Below, piece after piece: positions 1 to 11,859 of a stretch of 64,000 bases of DNA. The notes below the pieces were generated by a model. It worked only from the letters and a program-made list of their open reading frames with translations. It searched no databases and was not told where the DNA came from. How positions within the stretch are numbered: the first letter of the stretch is position 1; each line of letters starts with the position of its first letter. The stretch lies in NCBI GenBank assembly GCA_046290225.1, contig JBKAGE010000005.1:12844-76843 (forward strand), in the 5' to 3' direction. A program made the translations under genes and the position numbers. The DNA comes from Bradymonadia bacterium. GTDB lineage: Bacteria; Myxococcota_A; Bradymonadia; UBA7976; UBA1532.

Positions 1-117
1 GAAGAGGTCAGCAGCACGCTGGTTCAGGTGCTGGTCACCTCTGGGGTGAAGTTCCTCGATATGTCGGTGGGGGCCAGCCTCGAAGACCGCTTCTTGCGGG
101 AGACCGGCGGAGAATAG
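1..117 (+). CDS. 3' end of a gene, probably an ABC transporter ATP-binding protein (partial)
   Basis: Frame 1 reads EEVSSTLVQVLVTSGVKFLDMSVGASLEDRFLRETGGE* (TAG ends at 117). The SLEDxFL tail is typical of ABC-2 ATPases. Confidence 0.5.
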   Translation, partial: EEVSSTLVQVLVTSGVKFLDMSVGASLEDRFLRETGGE

Positions 118-149
118 GGTGGGGTGCTCGTGGTGCCGAGCAGGTTGGG

Positions 150-617
150 TCAGGCCGCTGCTGCGCCGCCTGCATAGCTGCGCGAGGCCACGAGGGCCAA
201 GGCGCAGGCTACCAAACCCACGATGTTCATGATGCCAAAGGTTGTGAGGAAGATACCTCCCAACTCACCGATGATGCCCAAAGCGGCGATGATGAGCACG
301 AAGTTGGCGGCCTTCTGCATGAAGAGCATCACGCCACCGGCGATCTGCAGACCACCGACGATCATCAGGAAGATGCCGAAGATGCCGAGCAGGCCGGCGT
401 TCTCAGTGGCGCTGGCGGCGGCCTTGAGGGTTTCCTCCTCTGCCTTGATCTGCTCAGCAGTCTTCTTGGAGCCGTCCGGGTTGGTGGCGGAGATGGTGCC
501 GCTCTCTGCGGCGCTGTTGACCGCGGCACCACCGGCGCCGACAGCGCCGTAGCCGAGGCCACCGATGAGGTTGAAGATCGCAGTGATGATGATGAGTACA
601 CCGGCAGCAATACGCAT
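150..617 (-). CDS. Small membrane protein, about 4 TM helices
   Basis: 155 aa with hydrophobic segments. AGGAGA RBS upstream of the ATG. Confidence 0.8.
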   Translation of the reverse strand: MRIAAGVLIIITAIFNLIGGLGYGAVGAGGAAVNSAAESGTISATNPDGSKKTAEQIKAEEETLKAAASATENAGLLGIFGIFLMIVGGLQIAGGVMLFMQKAANFVLIIAALGIIGELGGIFLTTFGIMNIVGLVACALALVASRSYAGGAAAA

Positions 618-780
618 GGGACGTCTCCTCTAATGGGCCCATTGAGTGTTGTAGTTGTGGGCACGAGGTAGCACGAAACGGCGCCAGACCACAGCGGTTT
701 ATGCGACGAATTTTCTCAGCGTGCGATTTGAATATGGAGGGCACTCACCCGTCTGCGCTGAGTTCCGGCGAAGCCATCAA

Positions 781-1653
781 TCAGCCAGCCATCATCTGTC
801 TCGCCAATACATCTGCACCATTCTCTGACATCTGCATGCCCTGTAGGTGCTCAACCCGCCACTTCTGATTATCGAGGGTGCGATGGAAGGGGCGATACAG
901 GGTGCGATCCCCCAGGCCCAGCCACTGCGTTTCCCAGAAGAAGTTGTACCCACCACCACCAATGAGCCGATCCGCCCCAGGCAAGTAGGGGGCCAGCGGA
1001 AAGATCGCCTCTCCGCGATGCATCGACAGGGACACCAGCATTTCGTGAGGACCCACCCCGAACTCCGCCTCGAGGTCGGCCACCTCTCTCCCTTCGCCGA
1101 GGCCTGTGTGGGCGAGCAGCGTCAGCGTGCGATCAGCGGGCACCGAGAAGAGATCTCGCAGCTTCGAGGGTGGGTGGCACTCATCGGGGTTCACGATCAC
1201 CACCGGAGGCACCATGTCGTCGAGGGTGTGGTGCTCCATGGGCTCGATGGCGATGACCTGGGCGAAGCGGCGGCGGTCGAAGCGCAGCATCGGCGGCCCG
1301 GCAAGCCATGGGCGAGGCACTGTGTGCAGCAACAGCCACGCCTCACACCGTAGCTGAGGCAGCAGGTGATGGATCGACACCCAGAAGTGGTCGACGAGCA
1401 ATAGATCCGGGTCGAAGGCCTGCAGCGCCTCGGCGAGGGGGCTCGCGGCGATGGCTGCGGGGCTGCGGGCGCTCTCCCGGGTCAGCGTCAGCGCAGTGTA
1501 GTCATCACGCAGGCCTGTTGCGTAGGGCATCGGCGGTCCGAACATGCGGTAGTCGCCGGTGAAACCCTGTCGTCGCAGGCCGTTGCCCAGGGCCACCCCT
1601 CGGGCGAGGTGTCCGGCGCCGCCCATCGTCGCGGTGAAGTAGGCGATGCGCAC
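781..1653 (-). CDS. GT-B fold glycosyltransferase-like protein
   Basis: N-terminal MRIAYF..GGAGHLARG, internal PDLLLVD, C-terminal GGGGYN..WE and NQKWR. Starts 9 nt after the stop of the TSP3 gene. Confidence 0.7.
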   Translation of the reverse strand: MRIAYFTATMGGAGHLARGVALGNGLRRQGFTGDYRMFGPPMPYATGLRDDYTALTLTRESARSPAAIAASPLAEALQAFDPDLLLVDHFWVSIHHLLPQLRCEAWLLLHTVPRPWLAGPPMLRFDRRRFAQVIAIEPMEHHTLDDMVPPVVIVNPDECHPPSKLRDLFSVPADRTLTLLAHTGLGEGREVADLEAEFGVGPHEMLVSLSMHRGEAIFPLAPYLPGADRLIGGGGYNFFWETQWLGLGDRTLYRPFHRTLDNQKWRVEHLQGMQMSENGADVLARQMMAG

Positions 1654-1662
1654 GGCTCGGCC

Positions 1663-3726
1663 TTATTGAGGGAGGAGCTCGTTGATGTTGAGCACGTAGT
1701 TGCCCACCTCGCCACCGTAGCCGCCGATGACGATGATCACCGTCTCTTCAGCGAGCAGCTCGAGCTCCACTGCAGAGGCCACTGTCTCATTCAGATCATC
1801 GTCGTCGTTGCAGGCGAGGGCCTCTCGGGGCATGCAGGCTGCTGGCAGCACGTACATCACTGTATCGAAGTCAGATCGCTGGAGGTCGAAGCGGAAGAAG
1901 CCGTCTCGGGGGGCGGTCCATTGCACACCAACGTCTTCCCCGTTGGGGGTGACGCAGTCGAAGGGGGGGCTGTGATCCCGCCCCTGGCCGGAGAGGTTGC
2001 CCTCGAGCACGGCGTTGCCCTCCTGAGACTGGATGTCGGTCTCGAAGCATTGCTGAGCGCGGAACTGCCTGACCTCTACCAGACCATCGCCGATGGGCTC
2101 GATCTCCACCACCAGCTCGAAGTCCTGGATGTCGCCGCAGGCGTCTTCGAGTGACAGGCTCAGTCGACCGATGCCTTCTGCGTAGACGTCGATGGACTCG
2201 CCGAGCTCGGCGACGAGGATCTGCCTGCCATTCTCTGCACGCTCGATGCGCACGGGCACGAAGATCTCGTTGCCGCCGTCATAGCCACCGTAGGCGTCGA
2301 AAGCGAAGGGCTCCACCAGCAGGTCGGCATAGACCAGCTCGGCACCAGGGAGGACCTCTACGGTGATCGTGGCGGTTTCGGGGTTGAAGCCGGTGAGGCT
2401 GCCCTCTTCGAAGTTGAGCAGATCACTGTCGAGGGGGGCTGCAGGACACACCCGGCATTCCACCGTCTCGAAGTCAGGCCAGGTGCCCTCCGGGCAGGGG
2501 CAGGCGTCGCCGAAGCCGTCACCGTCGCTGTCGAGCTGCTCGGGATCTGCCACATCGGGGCAGATGTCCACGTCGCCACAGATCATGTCCATGTCAGCGT
2601 CGTTGTCTGGATCAGCAGGGCAGACGTCGCAGGCATCACCGATGCCGTCACCGTCACCGTCGAGCTGCTCCGGATCGGCCACGTCAGGGCAGAGGTCCAC
2701 GTCACCGCAGACCATGTCTTCATCGGCGTCGTTGTCGACGTCGGCGGGGCAGGCGTCGCAGAGATCGCCGATGCCATCACCATCGCCATCGAGCTGCTCG
2801 GGGTCTGCCACGTCAGGGCAGAGATCGACGTCGCCACAAATCTGATCGTCATCGACATCGTCGTTGGGATCGAGGGGGCAGACATCGCAGGCGTCGCCTG
2901 CATCGTCTTCGTCGGCGTTGGCCTGATCGGCGTTGTCGATGATGGGGCAGTTGTCTACGTCGTCATTGACGCCATCACCATCATCGTCGTCGTCACACAC
3001 GTCACCGATGCCGTCCTCGTCGAGATCAGCCTGATCGGCATTGGGATCGTCGACACAGTTGTCGGTGTCGTCAGCGATGCCGTCTTCATCGGTATCGTCT
3101 GGTGCCGGAGGCTCGTCACAGACATCACCGATGCCATCGTCATCGGCATCCGCCTGATCTGCATTGGCGTCGTCAGGGCAGTTGTCTTCGGCGTCGGGCA
3201 CCCCGTCTTCGTCGCGATCGGGCGGTGGGGGCTCACAGGCGTCGCCTACTCCATTGTCGTCGGCGTCGGCTTGATCTGGGTTGGCCACCTCGGGGCAGTT
3301 GTCGTCGCCATCGGGAATGCCATCTTCATCGGCATCTGGTGGAGGGGCATCACAGGCATCACCGATGCCATTGTCATCTGCATCTGCCTGGTTGGGGTTG
3401 GCGTCGTCAGGGCAGTTGTCGTCACCATCAGGCACCCCATCACCGTCTGCGTCGGGTGGCTCGGGCGTGTCACATGCATCGCCAATGTTGTCGTCGTCTT
3501 CATCGGCTTGATCTGCATTTGGGTCGTCGGGGCAGTTGTCCTCTTCGTCGAGGACCCCGTCTTCGTCGCGATCGCCCTCGATGCTGACACCCCCGGCATC
3601 AGGCGTGCCTTCGCCAGTGCTGGAGTCGTCATCTGAATCACATCCGGCGATGACGCCCGAGAAGGCGATGAGTTTCATGAGGGCGAGGCGCAGAACGACT
3701 TTGCGCACGGTGTTGTGGCTCGACAT
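1663..3726 (-). CDS. Thrombospondin type-3 repeat (Ca-binding) lipoprotein with a C-terminal PPC-like domain
   Basis: Lipobox IAGC. About 9 DxDxDGxxDxxDNCP...DQxDxDxDGxGDxCD units. C-terminal FDTVMYV...ACNDD...GNYVLNI. Confidence 0.9.
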   Translation of the reverse strand: MSSHNTVRKVVLRLALMKLIAFSGVIAGCDSDDDSSTGEGTPDAGGVSIEGDRDEDGVLDEEDNCPDDPNADQADEDDDNIGDACDTPEPPDADGDGVPDGDDNCPDDANPNQADADDNGIGDACDAPPPDADEDGIPDGDDNCPEVANPDQADADDNGVGDACEPPPPDRDEDGVPDAEDNCPDDANADQADADDDGIGDVCDEPPAPDDTDEDGIADDTDNCVDDPNADQADLDEDGIGDVCDDDDDGDGVNDDVDNCPIIDNADQANADEDDAGDACDVCPLDPNDDVDDDQICGDVDLCPDVADPEQLDGDGDGIGDLCDACPADVDNDADEDMVCGDVDLCPDVADPEQLDGDGDGIGDACDVCPADPDNDADMDMICGDVDICPDVADPEQLDSDGDGFGDACPCPEGTWPDFETVECRVCPAAPLDSDLLNFEEGSLTGFNPETATITVEVLPGAELVYADLLVEPFAFDAYGGYDGGNEIFVPVRIERAENGRQILVAELGESIDVYAEGIGRLSLSLEDACGDIQDFELVVEIEPIGDGLVEVRQFRAQQCFETDIQSQEGNAVLEGNLSGQGRDHSPPFDCVTPNGEDVGVQWTAPRDGFFRFDLQRSDFDTVMYVLPAACMPREALACNDDDDLNETVASAVELELLAEETVIIVIGGYGGEVGNYVLNINELLPQ

Positions 3727-3935
3727 GGGTCATCTCCAGATGGGCACGGCAGGTTTATAGCAGGTGTTCCGCTGCTTTGCAGCGTCGGGCCCCGTGCCAG
3801 GCCAAAGGCCGCCGCTGCTGCAGAGCAGCGGCACATGCGACGGCTCGGTGACAATCCCCCTCAGCCCTTGTTCAAGGGCTCCAGCGAGTGAAAGAATCCT
3901 CACCTTCCATCGACCGGATCGCACCAGGAGCGCTC

Positions 3936-5651
3936 ATGGCCAGCCCCTTACGCACTGCATTGCTTTGTCTCGGTACCCTCACCTGCGTCGGATGTGGTGG
4001 TGGCAAAACCACGCCCGACGATGCGGCCCCAGAGGCACAAGCCGGGACACCAGCCAGGGTCAAGAACGTCATCTTGATGATCGGTGACGGCATGGGCCCT
4101 CAGCAGGTGGGCTTGCTCGAGGCCTATGCCACCCGAGCGCCGAACTCGATCTACGAAGGCCGACCCACCGGGTTCCATCAGCTCATGGATGAAGGAGAGC
4201 TCGGTATGAGCCGACACTACCCCGCCGACGGGGTGGTCGTCGACAGCGCCTGCTCGGCCACTCAGCTCGCCACCGGTGCCCCTGCAGGGCTCGAGATGGT
4301 GGGGCTCGACGCCCAGGGCAACCCGGCGCAGACCATCATCGAGCTGGGCCGTGAGATGGGCAAGGCCACCGGCATTGTCTCCGATACCCGCATCACCCAC
4401 GCCACCCCAGCGTCATTCGCCGCTCATGTGGCCCATCGATCCATGGAGAACGAGATCGCCATCCAGATGCTCGCGGCGAACGTCGACGTGTTGCTCTCGG
4501 GTGGCCTTCAGCGTTGGGTACCCAAGGGCTATGACAAGGCCGCCGTAGGCCAGATGGTCGGTGGCGCCTTCACGTTGAAGTCGTCCAAGCGCAAAGACGA
4601 TCGCGATCTGCTCGCCGAGGCCAGAGCTGCGGGGTACAGCATCGCCTTTGATCGCAAAGGGCTCGACACTGCGAGCGACAAGGTACTCGGCCTCTTTGCG
4701 TGGTCCGGCATGGCCGACGGCATCACCCACAGCGCGCACAAAGATAAAGCCGACCGGCGCCAGCCCACCCTCAAAGAGATGACCATGGCCGCCCTCGATC
4801 GGCTCTCCAAAGATCCCGACGGCTTTGTGCTCATGGTGGAGGGGGGGCAGATCGACTGGGCAGGCCACAGCAACGACGCTGGGCAGATGCTGCACGAGAT
4901 GCTGAAGTTCGACGAGGCTGTGGGGTATGTGCACCAGTGGGTGAAGGCCCGCAAAGAGAACGACACCTTGCTCGTGGTCACCGCAGATCACGAGACGGGA
5001 TCATTCGGCTTCAGCTACAGCCGCAACGACTTGCCCGAGGGCAAGAAGCTCCCTGGCAGTGGCTTCGACGGCCTCACCTACCGCCCCAGCTTCAACTTTG
5101 GCCATGTCGACAAGCTCGCCATGCTCTACCAGCAGTCCAAGACCTTCGGGCAGATGGTGGGCCAGCTCGCTGACGAGACGCGAAAGCGTCCCGGCGATTT
5201 GAAGATCGACTACGACGCGGACAGCCCTACAGAGATCACCCGAAAAGAGAAGGCCCGAGCTCAGGCCATGCGCGAGATCTTCAACGCCCACAGCGCCTTC
5301 AAGATCGACGAGGCTCAGGCACTGCGCATGGTGCAGATGGAGCCCAACGCGTATCACGTCGAGGGCGAATATCGAGATGGCCATCCCCACAAGTACATGA
5401 AGCAGAAGTGGGTGCCCAAGTTCGACGACATGGAAGAGTTTTATGTGAACGGCACCTACGACATCAAAGGCCTCATGGGCCGTGTCGTGGCACCGCTTCA
5501 GGGGGTGGTCTGGGGCACTGGTACACACACGCACACGCCGGTACCCGTCATCAGCTATGGGCCCACAGAGGCCACTGCGCTCTTTAAGGGCTTAATCCAC
5601 CACGTAGAAATCGGCCAGGGCCTCAAGGCAGTCCTCGAATCAAGCCGATGA
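3936..5651 (+). CDS. phoA: Alkaline phosphatase (lipoprotein)
   Basis: KNVILMIGDGMG, DSACSAT (catalytic Ser), THATPA, MVEGGQIDWAGHSND, VTADHETG. AGGAG RBS before ATG 3936. Lipobox VGC. Confidence 0.93.
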   Translation: MASPLRTALLCLGTLTCVGCGGGKTTPDDAAPEAQAGTPARVKNVILMIGDGMGPQQVGLLEAYATRAPNSIYEGRPTGFHQLMDEGELGMSRHYPADGVVVDSACSATQLATGAPAGLEMVGLDAQGNPAQTIIELGREMGKATGIVSDTRITHATPASFAAHVAHRSMENEIAIQMLAANVDVLLSGGLQRWVPKGYDKAAVGQMVGGAFTLKSSKRKDDRDLLAEARAAGYSIAFDRKGLDTASDKVLGLFAWSGMADGITHSAHKDKADRRQPTLKEMTMAALDRLSKDPDGFVLMVEGGQIDWAGHSNDAGQMLHEMLKFDEAVGYVHQWVKARKENDTLLVVTADHETGSFGFSYSRNDLPEGKKLPGSGFDGLTYRPSFNFGHVDKLAMLYQQSKTFGQMVGQLADETRKRPGDLKIDYDADSPTEITRKEKARAQAMREIFNAHSAFKIDEAQALRMVQMEPNAYHVEGEYRDGHPHKYMKQKWVPKFDDMEEFYVNGTYDIKGLMGRVVAPLQGVVWGTGTHTHTPVPVISYGPTEATALFKGLIHHVEIGQGLKAVLESSR

Positions 5652-5949
5652 ATGAGTTGTATGCACGGTGTTCATACTTGGAAGGCCTGAACATCATACC
5701 CAATTGAGGCCACCCTGTTTTGAAGTGGGACATCCGTGACCCGCTCTATTGAGAGATAATCATGCATGACGATGTCTGAATTTGTTGGGGCTGATACGTC
5801 CGAATCTCTGCTTCGTTCACTCAAATGATTGTTTGTGACACAGGGGTTATCTTTGAAGATGTATCCGCCGAAACAAAAACAATGAACCGAGGGAAGTGAA
5901 GCTGATTAACCCTCAACGGGTTATGTGGTCACACCGAGAAAGGCCCATT

Positions 5950-7251
5950 ATGTTTCGCAAAAAAAATCGAGAGACGGCAGATGACAATGGCGCTTTGGCC
6001 GAGGCTCAGGCGCGTCTGAGTGCGATCGACCGCGCTCAGGCAGTCATCGAGTTCGAACTCGACGGTACCATCGTCACCGCGAACGAGAATTTCTTGAAGA
6101 CGATGGGATACAGCCTGAGCGAGATCCAGGGGCGCCATCACCGCATGTTCGCGGAGTCGGCGTACGCTGAGAGCGCGGAATACCGTGCATTTTGGGATGA
6201 TCTGAGGCGCGGTGAGTTCAAAGTCGACGAGTTCAGGCGCTTGGGCAAGGGTGGCAAGGAGGTGTGGATCCAGGCCTCTTACAACCCGCTGTTCGACGCA
6301 AGCGGTCGCCCTTACCGGGTGGTCAAGTTCGCCACCGACATCACCGAGCGCGTACACGCTGTTCAGGAGACGTGTCGAGTGATGCGATCCCTGGCTGCCG
6401 GTGAGCTCAACCAGTACATGGGTACGCACTACTCGGGCATGTTCGGTGACCTGGCTGCCGACATCAACAGCACCGTGAAGCAGCTGCAGACCATGGTGAG
6501 CCAAATCACGAGTACCTCCACCATGATCGCTGGTGGTGTGGACGACATCGCTCAGGGGAACCACAACCTCGCCCACATGAGCCAGGAGCAGGCCACCTCT
6601 CTGCAGCAGACGACGAGCACGCTCGAGGAGCTGACGAGCACTGTGCAGCAGAATGCCGGCAACGCACAGCAAGCAAGCTCGGTGGCGCACAACGCTGTGG
6701 AGATCGCTGCTCAGGGCGGTGACGTGGTGCGAGATGCCGTGAGCGCCATGAGCGAGATCAATGCCTCGAGTCAGCGTATCTCCGACATCCTTGGTGTGAT
6801 CAACGACATCGCCGCAAAGACGAACTTGCTGGCTTTGAATGCCACCATCGAGGCTGCCAGAGCTGGTGAGGCGGGCAAAGGCTTTGCTGTCGTCGCCGAC
6901 GAGGTCAAGGGTCTGGCCAAGAGAAGCGCCGAGGCGGCGACTGAAATCTCAGCGCTCATCAGCGACAGCGCCGACAAGGTGTCCGAGGGTGCGCGGCTGG
7001 TGAACCGCTCAGGCGAAGCCCTCGCCGCGATTGTGGAGTCGGTCCAACAGGTGTCCGACTTCATCGGAGAGATCGCCAACGCCAGCAGCGAGCAGTCCGA
7101 AGCATTGGCTCAGGCCAACGTGGCCATCTTGCAGATGAGCGGTGTGGTGCAAGAGAACGCCAAGGTTGCCCAGGCGGCGTCGACCACAAGTGATGCCCTC
7201 AAAGAGCAGGCCCAGCTGCTCAATGGTGCGGTGAGCACGTTCAGCCTCTGA
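5950..7251 (+). CDS. Soluble PAS-domain methyl-accepting chemotaxis protein
   Basis: PAS ([18 protein letters not shown]...WIQASYNP) followed by the MCP signature [29 protein letters not shown]. No TM segment. Confidence 0.93.
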   Translation: MFRKKNRETADDNGALAEAQARLSAIDRAQAVIEFELDGTIVTANENFLKTMGYSLSEIQGRHHRMFAESAYAESAEYRAFWDDLRRGEFKVDEFRRLGKGGKEVWIQASYNPLFDASGRPYRVVKFATDITERVHAVQETCRVMRSLAAGELNQYMGTHYSGMFGDLAADINSTVKQLQTMVSQITSTSTMIAGGVDDIAQGNHNLAHMSQEQATSLQQTTSTLEELTSTVQQNAGNAQQASSVAHNAVEIAAQGGDVVRDAVSAMSEINASSQRISDILGVINDIAAKTNLLALNATIEAARAGEAGKGFAVVADEVKGLAKRSAEAATEISALISDSADKVSEGARLVNRSGEALAAIVESVQQVSDFIGEIANASSEQSEALAQANVAILQMSGVVQENAKVAQAASTTSDALKEQAQLLNGAVSTFSL

Positions 7252-7327
7252 GTTGAAGCGCGCCGAAACGTTCAATGCCTCGCATGTGTTCTGTTTTGTT
7301 CTGCACGGAGGATGAGACGCTCGGCGG

Positions 7328-8845
7328 TCACACCCGCTCGTGGGGCATGCGCTCACGAGGTGCCCGGAACACCTGCCCTGGTGAGTACCGTAGGAAGTTG
7401 CTCACCCGGCTGGTGTAGACGTCAGCGTACTCTTCCACCTGGTTGCCGAAGGCGCTGCGCTCGTTGAGCTCGCGGAACAGGCGGCCCCAATAGGGGTTGA
7501 AGCGGGCGTCCACCTCGGCTTCGAGGCTGTGCAGATCTTCGAGGGAGCGCTTCATCAAGTCACGGCGCTGGTCGAGCTCTTTTCGGGTCTGGCTCGTGGC
7601 ACGCTCGAGGGCGCTGCTCTCAGCGCCGGTGATGCCCCCGGCGATGTCGCCCACCCGCGACAAGCTCTTGAGCAGCGTCGAGCGGTAGTTGATCTCGTGG
7701 TCGAGGCGCTGGGTGGCCTCTTCCAGGGCGTGCAGGCGGGTCAGCTCAGACGACAACGTGTTGGTCAGGGTGAGGGTCTCCTCCATTTCCTGAATCACCA
7801 GGGCCGTGCGCCACGAGGAGTCTTTCTTCGAGCGCAGGATGTCGCCGTAGATGTGATCCCCCACATAGAGGATCTGATCCGCCTCACCACGGCCCCACAT
7901 GCGCTCCATGTCCTTGAAGTTGCCCCCCTGGTAGATCTTGTGGCGCTCCAGAGTCGTGGCATTGCCGATGGGCTCGCCGTCGACGTTGAGCTCCACGAAG
8001 GGCTCCTCCTGCACGAAGAACCGGGGCTTCCGGGCCGACACCACCACCAGATCGAAGTAGTTGCGCCACGAGGGGTAGCGGGGCATCACCCCGTCGAGCA
8101 GGTACTTCATCACCGCGTCGGTGTAGACCCACTCGCTGTTGGTGAGCAGGAACAGGCGCTTTCCGGCGCTCCGCAGCTTGTGCAGCGTGGGGCCGAGATC
8201 GGTGTCCCGCACGATGAAGCGGCCGATATCGGCCATGATGACTTCTTTCATCGACATGTCGGCGTGGGCGAGGTCGATGCACTCCCGGATGTCGTTCACC
8301 AGCTGCTCATAGCTGGCCACGGGGATCTCCCGGCCGTTGCCCTCGTAGTACTCCACGATGCCGGCACAGAGCGTGGCCTCGGGCAAGCTGAAGAGGGTGT
8401 CGATCCAGGCGAAGCGGGCAGGGTCGAACTTGAAGTTGCGGCCGCCGTAGAGGGCCTTCACCTCTTCTTGAGGCACCGCGGTGTAGCCGTGGTAGCAGCG
8501 GCCCACCTGACGATGGGCGTCGAGCTTGAAGATGTTGCCCTTGGCCTTGTCCACCATGAGGCCGCGGATGATGAAGTCGTGATCGAGGGGGATGGTGGTG
8601 ATCTCTTCGGGGTAGCCCTTGCGGGTCACCATGCGCTCCACCGTGGCCTTGATCGACAAGGCGTCGATGGCTTCCTGGTAGTAGGGCGCGAGGGTGTAGT
8701 CCATGTCGAAGCCGATGACGTCGATCTGGGACAGATTGAGGTCGCGGTTGACGTAGATCTGGCGCCCCGGGTCTCTGGGGGACTCGTCTTCGAGGATGGC
8801 GGCGAGTTCGGGGGGGAGGAGACCACGGTTGTAAAGGGCGCTCAT
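7328..8845 (-). CDS. HAD-IG family (cN-II-like) 5'-nucleotidase
   Basis: IGFDMDYTLA, FLLTNS, SARKPRFF, LYVGDHIYGDI, YADVYTSRVSNFL. Confidence 0.93.
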   Translation of the reverse strand: MSALYNRGLLPPELAAILEDESPRDPGRQIYVNRDLNLSQIDVIGFDMDYTLAPYYQEAIDALSIKATVERMVTRKGYPEEITTIPLDHDFIIRGLMVDKAKGNIFKLDAHRQVGRCYHGYTAVPQEEVKALYGGRNFKFDPARFAWIDTLFSLPEATLCAGIVEYYEGNGREIPVASYEQLVNDIRECIDLAHADMSMKEVIMADIGRFIVRDTDLGPTLHKLRSAGKRLFLLTNSEWVYTDAVMKYLLDGVMPRYPSWRNYFDLVVVSARKPRFFVQEEPFVELNVDGEPIGNATTLERHKIYQGGNFKDMERMWGRGEADQILYVGDHIYGDILRSKKDSSWRTALVIQEMEETLTLTNTLSSELTRLHALEEATQRLDHEINYRSTLLKSLSRVGDIAGGITGAESSALERATSQTRKELDQRRDLMKRSLEDLHSLEAEVDARFNPYWGRLFRELNERSAFGNQVEEYADVYTSRVSNFLRYSPGQVFRAPRERMPHERV

Positions 8846-8862
8846 ATCACCTCAGTGCTGTT

Positions 8863-11859
8863 TCAACGTATCGAGTAAATATACACAATCCCACGGCTAC
8901 CGCGATGATTCGGGGCCCCGACGAAGAGCCGGCGGGTGCCGTCGGCGCCGGGCTCGGTGACCATGACCATGTTGCCGTAGCCGTCGCTTTCTTCGCTGAG
9001 AGTGACGATCTCGTTGGTGGCACGGTGCACGATGTCCACCCGGCCGGCCCCGTCATTGCCCACAACGAGGGCGTCGGCAGCGTCTTGCGGCCGAGGCAAT
9101 GTGGCCAGCCGATGACCCTGCCGCCCGTTGTTGAGGCTGGCGCTGTAGCTGCCGAAAGCCTGCCCCTGAAGGTTGTAGAAATAGACCACTCCGGCCTCGT
9201 TCTGCCCTTCGCTGTCGGCCTGTGGGGCGCCGACGGCGAGGGTGATCGGGGCCCCTGGAGACCAGCGGCCTGCCGTGGCGTCCTCACCAAAGCTGGCGTT
9301 GGTCGGCGCCGGTGGCGCCAGCGCGCCGGTGGGCACGCCGAACTCGAGGCCCTGGCTGTCGAAGGCCAGCAACAGGCGCTCGTCATCGAAGCGGGTGGTG
9401 GCCAGCAGGTCTTGCAAGCCATCGTTCCGGGGGATCGGGCTGACGAAGATGCGCTCGCCGAGGCGAGCGTCATCGAAGAAGTCGAGGCGCCCCAGGTCGT
9501 TGCGCTCGGGAGACGGGTTGAACTCGAAGGTGAAGAGGCGCCCGCCTTCGTCATTGGCGTCGAATTGCCCCATGGCGAGATCGTCAGTGCCCAGACCGCC
9601 GAATTGCCCGGCGAGCATCTGGCGCCCGATGCGCTCGTCGTCGTTCGAGGTCAGCGTCAGCAGAAAATCGCTCTCGGCGCTGAAGAAGTAGACCCGCCCG
9701 CGGGGGCTATCGCCGCCGTTCCAGGCGTCGGGAGCGCCCACGGCAAGGCGACGGCCGTTGCCGCCGAAGTTGCCGATGGCCATGCTCGTGCCGGCGCGGC
9801 CGTCGAGCTCACGGGTCCAGATGGTGCCACCCGTGGCGCCGCTCACGGCGAAGATCGAACGGGCGATGAAGCTGCGTCGAGGGGCCGCCACGATGGCGTC
9901 GGGCACCCCGTCACCGTCGAGATCGTCGAAGGCGATGATGTTCTCGCCAAAGCCCGTGCCCAGAGAGCCCTCTTCGGTTCTGGCCACGGACACGACACAG
10001 ATCTGGTCGAGATCTTCGTCCACCTGGCCATCACAGTCATCGTCCGCGCCGTTACACGACTCCGGGCCACAGCCGTTGCAGACGAGGCCTTCATCGACGT
10101 TGCCGTCACAATCGTTGTCGATGCCGTCACAGACCTCGTCACTGACTTCGGGGCCTTCACCGTCACAGAAGACTTCACCGGCGCCGTCGCTGCAGGCCAC
10201 CACCCCTTCGGAGACGCACACACCCACCTGGATCAGACAGGGCAGGCCCACGTCGGGGAACTCTTCGTCCACCTCACCGTCACAGTCGTCGTCGAGGGCG
10301 TTGCAGATCTCTGCTTGGGGTGGGGTCGTGGCGGCGTTGCAGCGTGCTTCTCCGCCGTCACAGAACACCTCGCCCCGGGCTGCGCAGATGCCCTCGCCCA
10401 CCTCGCAGAGATCACCGAGCTCGGGGTAGTCCTCGTCGATGCGGCCATCACAGTCGTTGTCTGCCTCGTCGCAGCGCTCTGGCTCGGGATCGCTGGGCCG
10501 TACGCTGCAGATGCTGCCACCGTTGCCGGTGCAGATGACCTCGCCGGTGTTGGCGCAGAGGCCTTCGCCCACCACGCACACCTCGCCCACGAGGAAGCCC
10601 TCGTCGGTGGCACCATCACAGTCGTTGTCGAGTGCGTCACAGATCTCCTGGCCACCAGGACCAGGCGTCGCGTTGCAGAACGTGGTGTTCTCGTCGAAGC
10701 AGACCACGCGGCCCACCCGGGCACATTCTCCGAGGCCCGATTCACATCGATCGTCGAGCTCGGGGTAGTCCTCATCGACGCTGCCGTCGCAGTCGTCATC
10801 GATGCGGTTGCACTGCTCTACAGGTGTGGGCCCGCACTGGCCGCAGGCATTGAGGGTGTTCTCGTCGATGCGACCATCGCAGTCGTTGTCGGTGCCGTCA
10901 CAGACCTCGTCTTCCGGGCCGATGTCGTCACAGGCGCCGAAACTCTGCTCGGCGTTGCACAGCTGAATACCCGCACGACACGCCCCGATGTCGCTGCCGC
11001 AGGGGCGGGTGTCGCCGGGGATGCAGCAGTTCTCCACGCCCTCGTCGATGGCACCGTCGCAGTCATTGTCGAGGGTGTCGCACAGCTCGTCGGCGGCAGG
11101 CTGAGGCTCGGCATCACAGAAGACCGCGTCATTGTCTTCCGTGCATCTTATGGTGCCCTCAGAGGCACAGAGGCCGATGCCCACCGTGCAGCCCTGGCCG
11201 AGGCCTTCGTAGCCCTCGTCGGCACGGCCGTCGCAGTCGTTGTCCTGCTCGTCGCAGATCTCGGGGCTGGCCACACACGGATCGCACACATCACCGAACT
11301 CATCGCCGTCGTCGTTGCGCTGGTCGGGATTGAAGACGTCAGGGCAGTTGTCGAGATCGTCGGGTACGCCGTCGCCATCCGTGTCCGCAGGTGCAGCATC
11401 GGGTACGGCAGCGTCAGTGATGCCCTCGTCCGGGTCGATCACATCAGCGTCGGCGTCGAGATCTGCATCTGCCTGGAGATCTGCGTCGGTCTCGACGTCC
11501 ATGTCCTCTGAAGGCTCGCCACCGACGCCGCCCATGCCAGCATCGAGATCGAAGCCACCGGCACCGCCATCTCCACCGATGGCACCACCAAAGCCACCAG
11601 CGCCGCCAAACCCTCCGGCACCCGTGTCGGCACCATCAATGCCGCCATCCTGCCCTGGCAGGGTGCCTACGAAGGCATCGGGGAAATCGACTGTGCCGTC
11701 GAGGTCTTCGCCGAAGTTGGGGTTGTCAGTGGTGCACGACCAGGCTGTGAGGCTGGCGAGGAGCGCTATGGAGACACGGCGCAGGGAGGGTGGGAGTCCA
11801 GTCTTCATGTCATTCTTTGTACCACATTTGTGCACCCCGTGTTCGGGAGGTGCCGACAT
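8863..11859 (-). CDS. Cys-rich secreted lipoprotein with MopE-like metal-binding repeats and a C-terminal FG-GAP (integrin-like) beta-propeller
   Basis: Nine ExC(D/N)xxD(N/D)DCDGxxDE repeats, one TSP3 unit, [15 protein letters not shown] and LAVGAP motifs. Lipobox AWSC; the real start may be ATG 11808. Confidence 0.88.
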   Translation of the reverse strand: MSAPPEHGVHKCGTKNDMKTGLPPSLRRVSIALLASLTAWSCTTDNPNFGEDLDGTVDFPDAFVGTLPGQDGGIDGADTGAGGFGGAGGFGGAIGGDGGAGGFDLDAGMGGVGGEPSEDMDVETDADLQADADLDADADVIDPDEGITDAAVPDAAPADTDGDGVPDDLDNCPDVFNPDQRNDDGDEFGDVCDPCVASPEICDEQDNDCDGRADEGYEGLGQGCTVGIGLCASEGTIRCTEDNDAVFCDAEPQPAADELCDTLDNDCDGAIDEGVENCCIPGDTRPCGSDIGACRAGIQLCNAEQSFGACDDIGPEDEVCDGTDNDCDGRIDENTLNACGQCGPTPVEQCNRIDDDCDGSVDEDYPELDDRCESGLGECARVGRVVCFDENTTFCNATPGPGGQEICDALDNDCDGATDEGFLVGEVCVVGEGLCANTGEVICTGNGGSICSVRPSDPEPERCDEADNDCDGRIDEDYPELGDLCEVGEGICAARGEVFCDGGEARCNAATTPPQAEICNALDDDCDGEVDEEFPDVGLPCLIQVGVCVSEGVVACSDGAGEVFCDGEGPEVSDEVCDGIDNDCDGNVDEGLVCNGCGPESCNGADDDCDGQVDEDLDQICVVSVARTEEGSLGTGFGENIIAFDDLDGDGVPDAIVAAPRRSFIARSIFAVSGATGGTIWTRELDGRAGTSMAIGNFGGNGRRLAVGAPDAWNGGDSPRGRVYFFSAESDFLLTLTSNDDERIGRQMLAGQFGGLGTDDLAMGQFDANDEGGRLFTFEFNPSPERNDLGRLDFFDDARLGERIFVSPIPRNDGLQDLLATTRFDDERLLLAFDSQGLEFGVPTGALAPPAPTNASFGEDATAGRWSPGAPITLAVGAPQADSEGQNEAGVVYFYNLQGQAFGSYSASLNNGRQGHRLATLPRPQDAADALVVGNDGAGRVDIVHRATNEIVTLSEESDGYGNMVMVTEPGADGTRRLFVGAPNHRGSRGIVYIYSIR

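Noticed and set aside
2500..3600. DNA-level repeats inside the TSP3 gene (and the MopE-like gene)
   Set aside because: Fully explained by the protein repeats.
5848..5874. Sigma28 promoter for the MCP gene
   Set aside because: GCCGAAAC resembles a -10 element, but the correctly spaced -35 is a poor match.
8905..11511. Long antisense ORFs (also 7529-8878, 47322-49169, 14464-15900, 30535-31743)
   Set aside because: These are shadow frames of well-supported genes, expected in high-GC DNA, and carry no recognisable motifs.
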